DNA of 64,000 nucleotides from Arcobacteraceae bacterium (GTDB taxonomy: Bacteria > Campylobacterota > Campylobacteria > Campylobacterales > Arcobacteraceae): positions 32,705 to 96,704 of the forward strand of contig CBDCZH010000003.1 in assembly GCA_965224485.1 (NCBI GenBank), given 5' to 3'. The notes below the pieces were generated by a model, which saw only the letters and a program-made list of their open reading frames with translations, was not told the DNA's origin and made no database searches. Of this stretch, positions 62,435 to 64,000 are shown piece by piece. The first letter of the stretch is position 1, and the number at the start of each line of letters is the position of its first letter. A program made the position numbers and the translations under genes.

Positions 62435-63410
62435 TTAATGCTTTAGTAACTTCTTGCAAAAGCTTAAAAAGTTTTATACTATCTTCTTCACTTTTATTAA
62501 ACATTGGATTTATTTCTGCAATTTCCCAACAACAAACTTTTTTATTCTTTATTAGTTCTAAATTTAACAATAATGCTTGTTCAAATGACAAACCTTGAGA
62601 AGCTGGTGTTCCTGTACCTGGTACATATAAAGGATCAATACTATCTACATCAAAAGAAATATAAATATAGCGACAATGTTCTAACTTTTTAAAAATACTC
62701 TTAACTGTATTTTTAATTCCATTTAATGTTATGTCATTTACACTATGAACAGAGATATTATGTTTTTTTATTAATTTTTTTTCAGGCTCTTCAAAATTTC
62801 TTAAAGCACAAAAAACAATATTCTTTGTATCAATAGAGGCTCTATTATTAATAAAAAATTTTAATTTATCCCAATATTTTTTTTCTTCTTCACTTATATC
62901 ATGTATTCTATTTTCTTTATTATCTAAAGAACAAACAGCAGCTAAAGGCATACCATGCATATTTCCACTAGGACTTGTATAAGGAGAATGAATATCTGCA
63001 TGAGCATCAATATACACAACTCCAATTTCATCATCTTTATGAGCAAGAGCTAAACCATGCATTGTTCCTGCACAAGAAGCATGATCTCCTGATAATACAA
63101 TTGGAAATATACCTTTTTCTCTTAAATCTTTTATTCTATAAGCTAATCTTTTAATAACTAAGTAAATTTTATCAATATATTTAGCATGTACAAATTCACT
63201 TTTTTCCAAATAAGCTTCATTTTCATCTTTTATAACAAGAGATAAGAATTCACTAAAGTATTTGGAGTTAATATCTTCACAGGACTGTTTAAGTGCATCA
63301 ATACCAAAAGATGCACCAATTTTACTTCCTGCAATATCTGAGTAAACTTCAACTAAATTAATTCTTTTATTTATATCATTATTTTGATTTGTATTTATTT
63401 TTTTATTCAT
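62421..63410 (-). CDS. rocF: arginase
   Basis: SGDHA, DAHADIH...SPSGNMHGMPL, SFDVDSIDP, GTGTP, EINP. Confidence 0.9.
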   Translation of the reverse strand: MNKKINTNQNNDINKRINLVEVYSDIAGSKIGASFGIDALKQSCEDINSKYFSEFLSLVIKDENEAYLEKSEFVHAKYIDKIYLVIKRLAYRIKDLREKGIFPIVLSGDHASCAGTMHGLALAHKDDEIGVVYIDAHADIHSPYTSPSGNMHGMPLAAVCSLDNKENRIHDISEEEKKYWDKLKFFINNRASIDTKNIVFCALRNFEEPEKKLIKKHNISVHSVNDITLNGIKNTVKSIFKKLEHCRYIYISFDVDSIDPLYVPGTGTPASQGLSFEQALLLNLELIKNKKVCCWEIAEINPMFNKSEEDSIKLFKLLQEVTKALIKNY

Positions 63411-64000
63411 TTTGTTTCTTTATTATCTAATAAAGAGAATAAATCCTTTACATCTGAAATTTTTGGAATCATATACATCTCTTTTCCAATTTCATATTCT
63501 TTTACTAAAGAATAAACAAGTCGTAATATACAATAGTCTTCTAGGGCAAAACCTACAGAATCATAAATTATAGTACCATGAGTACTTACATGTAACGTTG
63601 ATCTTTTATTAAAAATATCATGCAATTCTAAGCAAGTAAAATCTTTACTTAATTGTTGAATTTCACCTTCTATTTTGCTTTGAGGTAAATATTCAACAAC
63701 AATATTAGCATTTTCAAGTAAATCTTTATGAAGCTCAGTTTTACCTGGACAATCTCCACCTAATGCATTTATAAAAACATCTTTTAAAATCATATCTTTT
63801 TTTAATATTGTTTGATTCGTTTTATCAGCGGTACAAGTAGTAATCAAATCAGCCCCTAAAATTGCATCTTTGGCACTTTTACATGGACTTAACTTAATAT
63901 TGTAACCAGACATATTTTTAGTAAACTTACTCATAGCTTTTTCATCTATATCAAAAAATCTTATTTCTTCTAAATCAAAAACAAAAGAGTAAGCTAAATA
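63407..64000 (-). CDS. ocd: ornithine cyclodeaminase (3' part only)
   Basis: Frame open to the window end; ITTCTADK, NALGGDCPGKTEL, EGEIQQ, DSVGFALED. Confidence 0.85.
   Translation of the reverse strand, partial: YLAYSFVFDLEEIRFFDIDEKAMSKFTKNMSGYNIKLSPCKSAKDAILGADLITTCTADKTNQTILKKDMILKDVFINALGGDCPGKTELHKDLLENANIVVEYLPQSKIEGEIQQLSKDFTCLELHDIFNKRSTLHVSTHGTIIYDSVGFALEDYCILRLVYSLVKEYEIGKEMYMIPKISDVKDLFSLLDNKETK

Overview
Very AT-rich chromosomal segment whose gene content and order suggest Campylobacterota, most likely Arcobacteraceae (inference). Most of it is housekeeping: an LOS/lipid A cluster (waaC, lpxL-like, dgkA, kinase, LTA-synthase-like, waaL-like), ppx, gltBD, a TRAP transporter, a two-component pair, tex, signalling genes, five tRNAs (Ser-GCT, Ile2-CAT, 3x Gly-TCC), kdsA-ribH-nusB-pyrF, murA, tlyA-ribF-cmoA-bcp, and arginase plus ornithine cyclodeaminase. 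The standout is an accessory module at about 25.56-32.29 kb on the minus strand. It runs vgrG -> a ~635-aa GxSxG lipase-like effector (hidden by a 1-nt frameshift) -> a secreted internalin-type LRR protein -> an unannotated orphan copy of a divergent effector C-terminus -> a second LRR paralogue. This looks like a polymorphic T6SS lipase/LRR-immunity array. Other features absent from the ORF track are two nearby genes (DEAD-box helicase, radical SAM) that appear to start at ATA, a decayed IS30-like transposase next to the tRNA cluster, four 1-nt frameshifts clustered in 6.5 kb, and several structured intergenic repeats. All calls come from reading motifs by eye; no database search was run.
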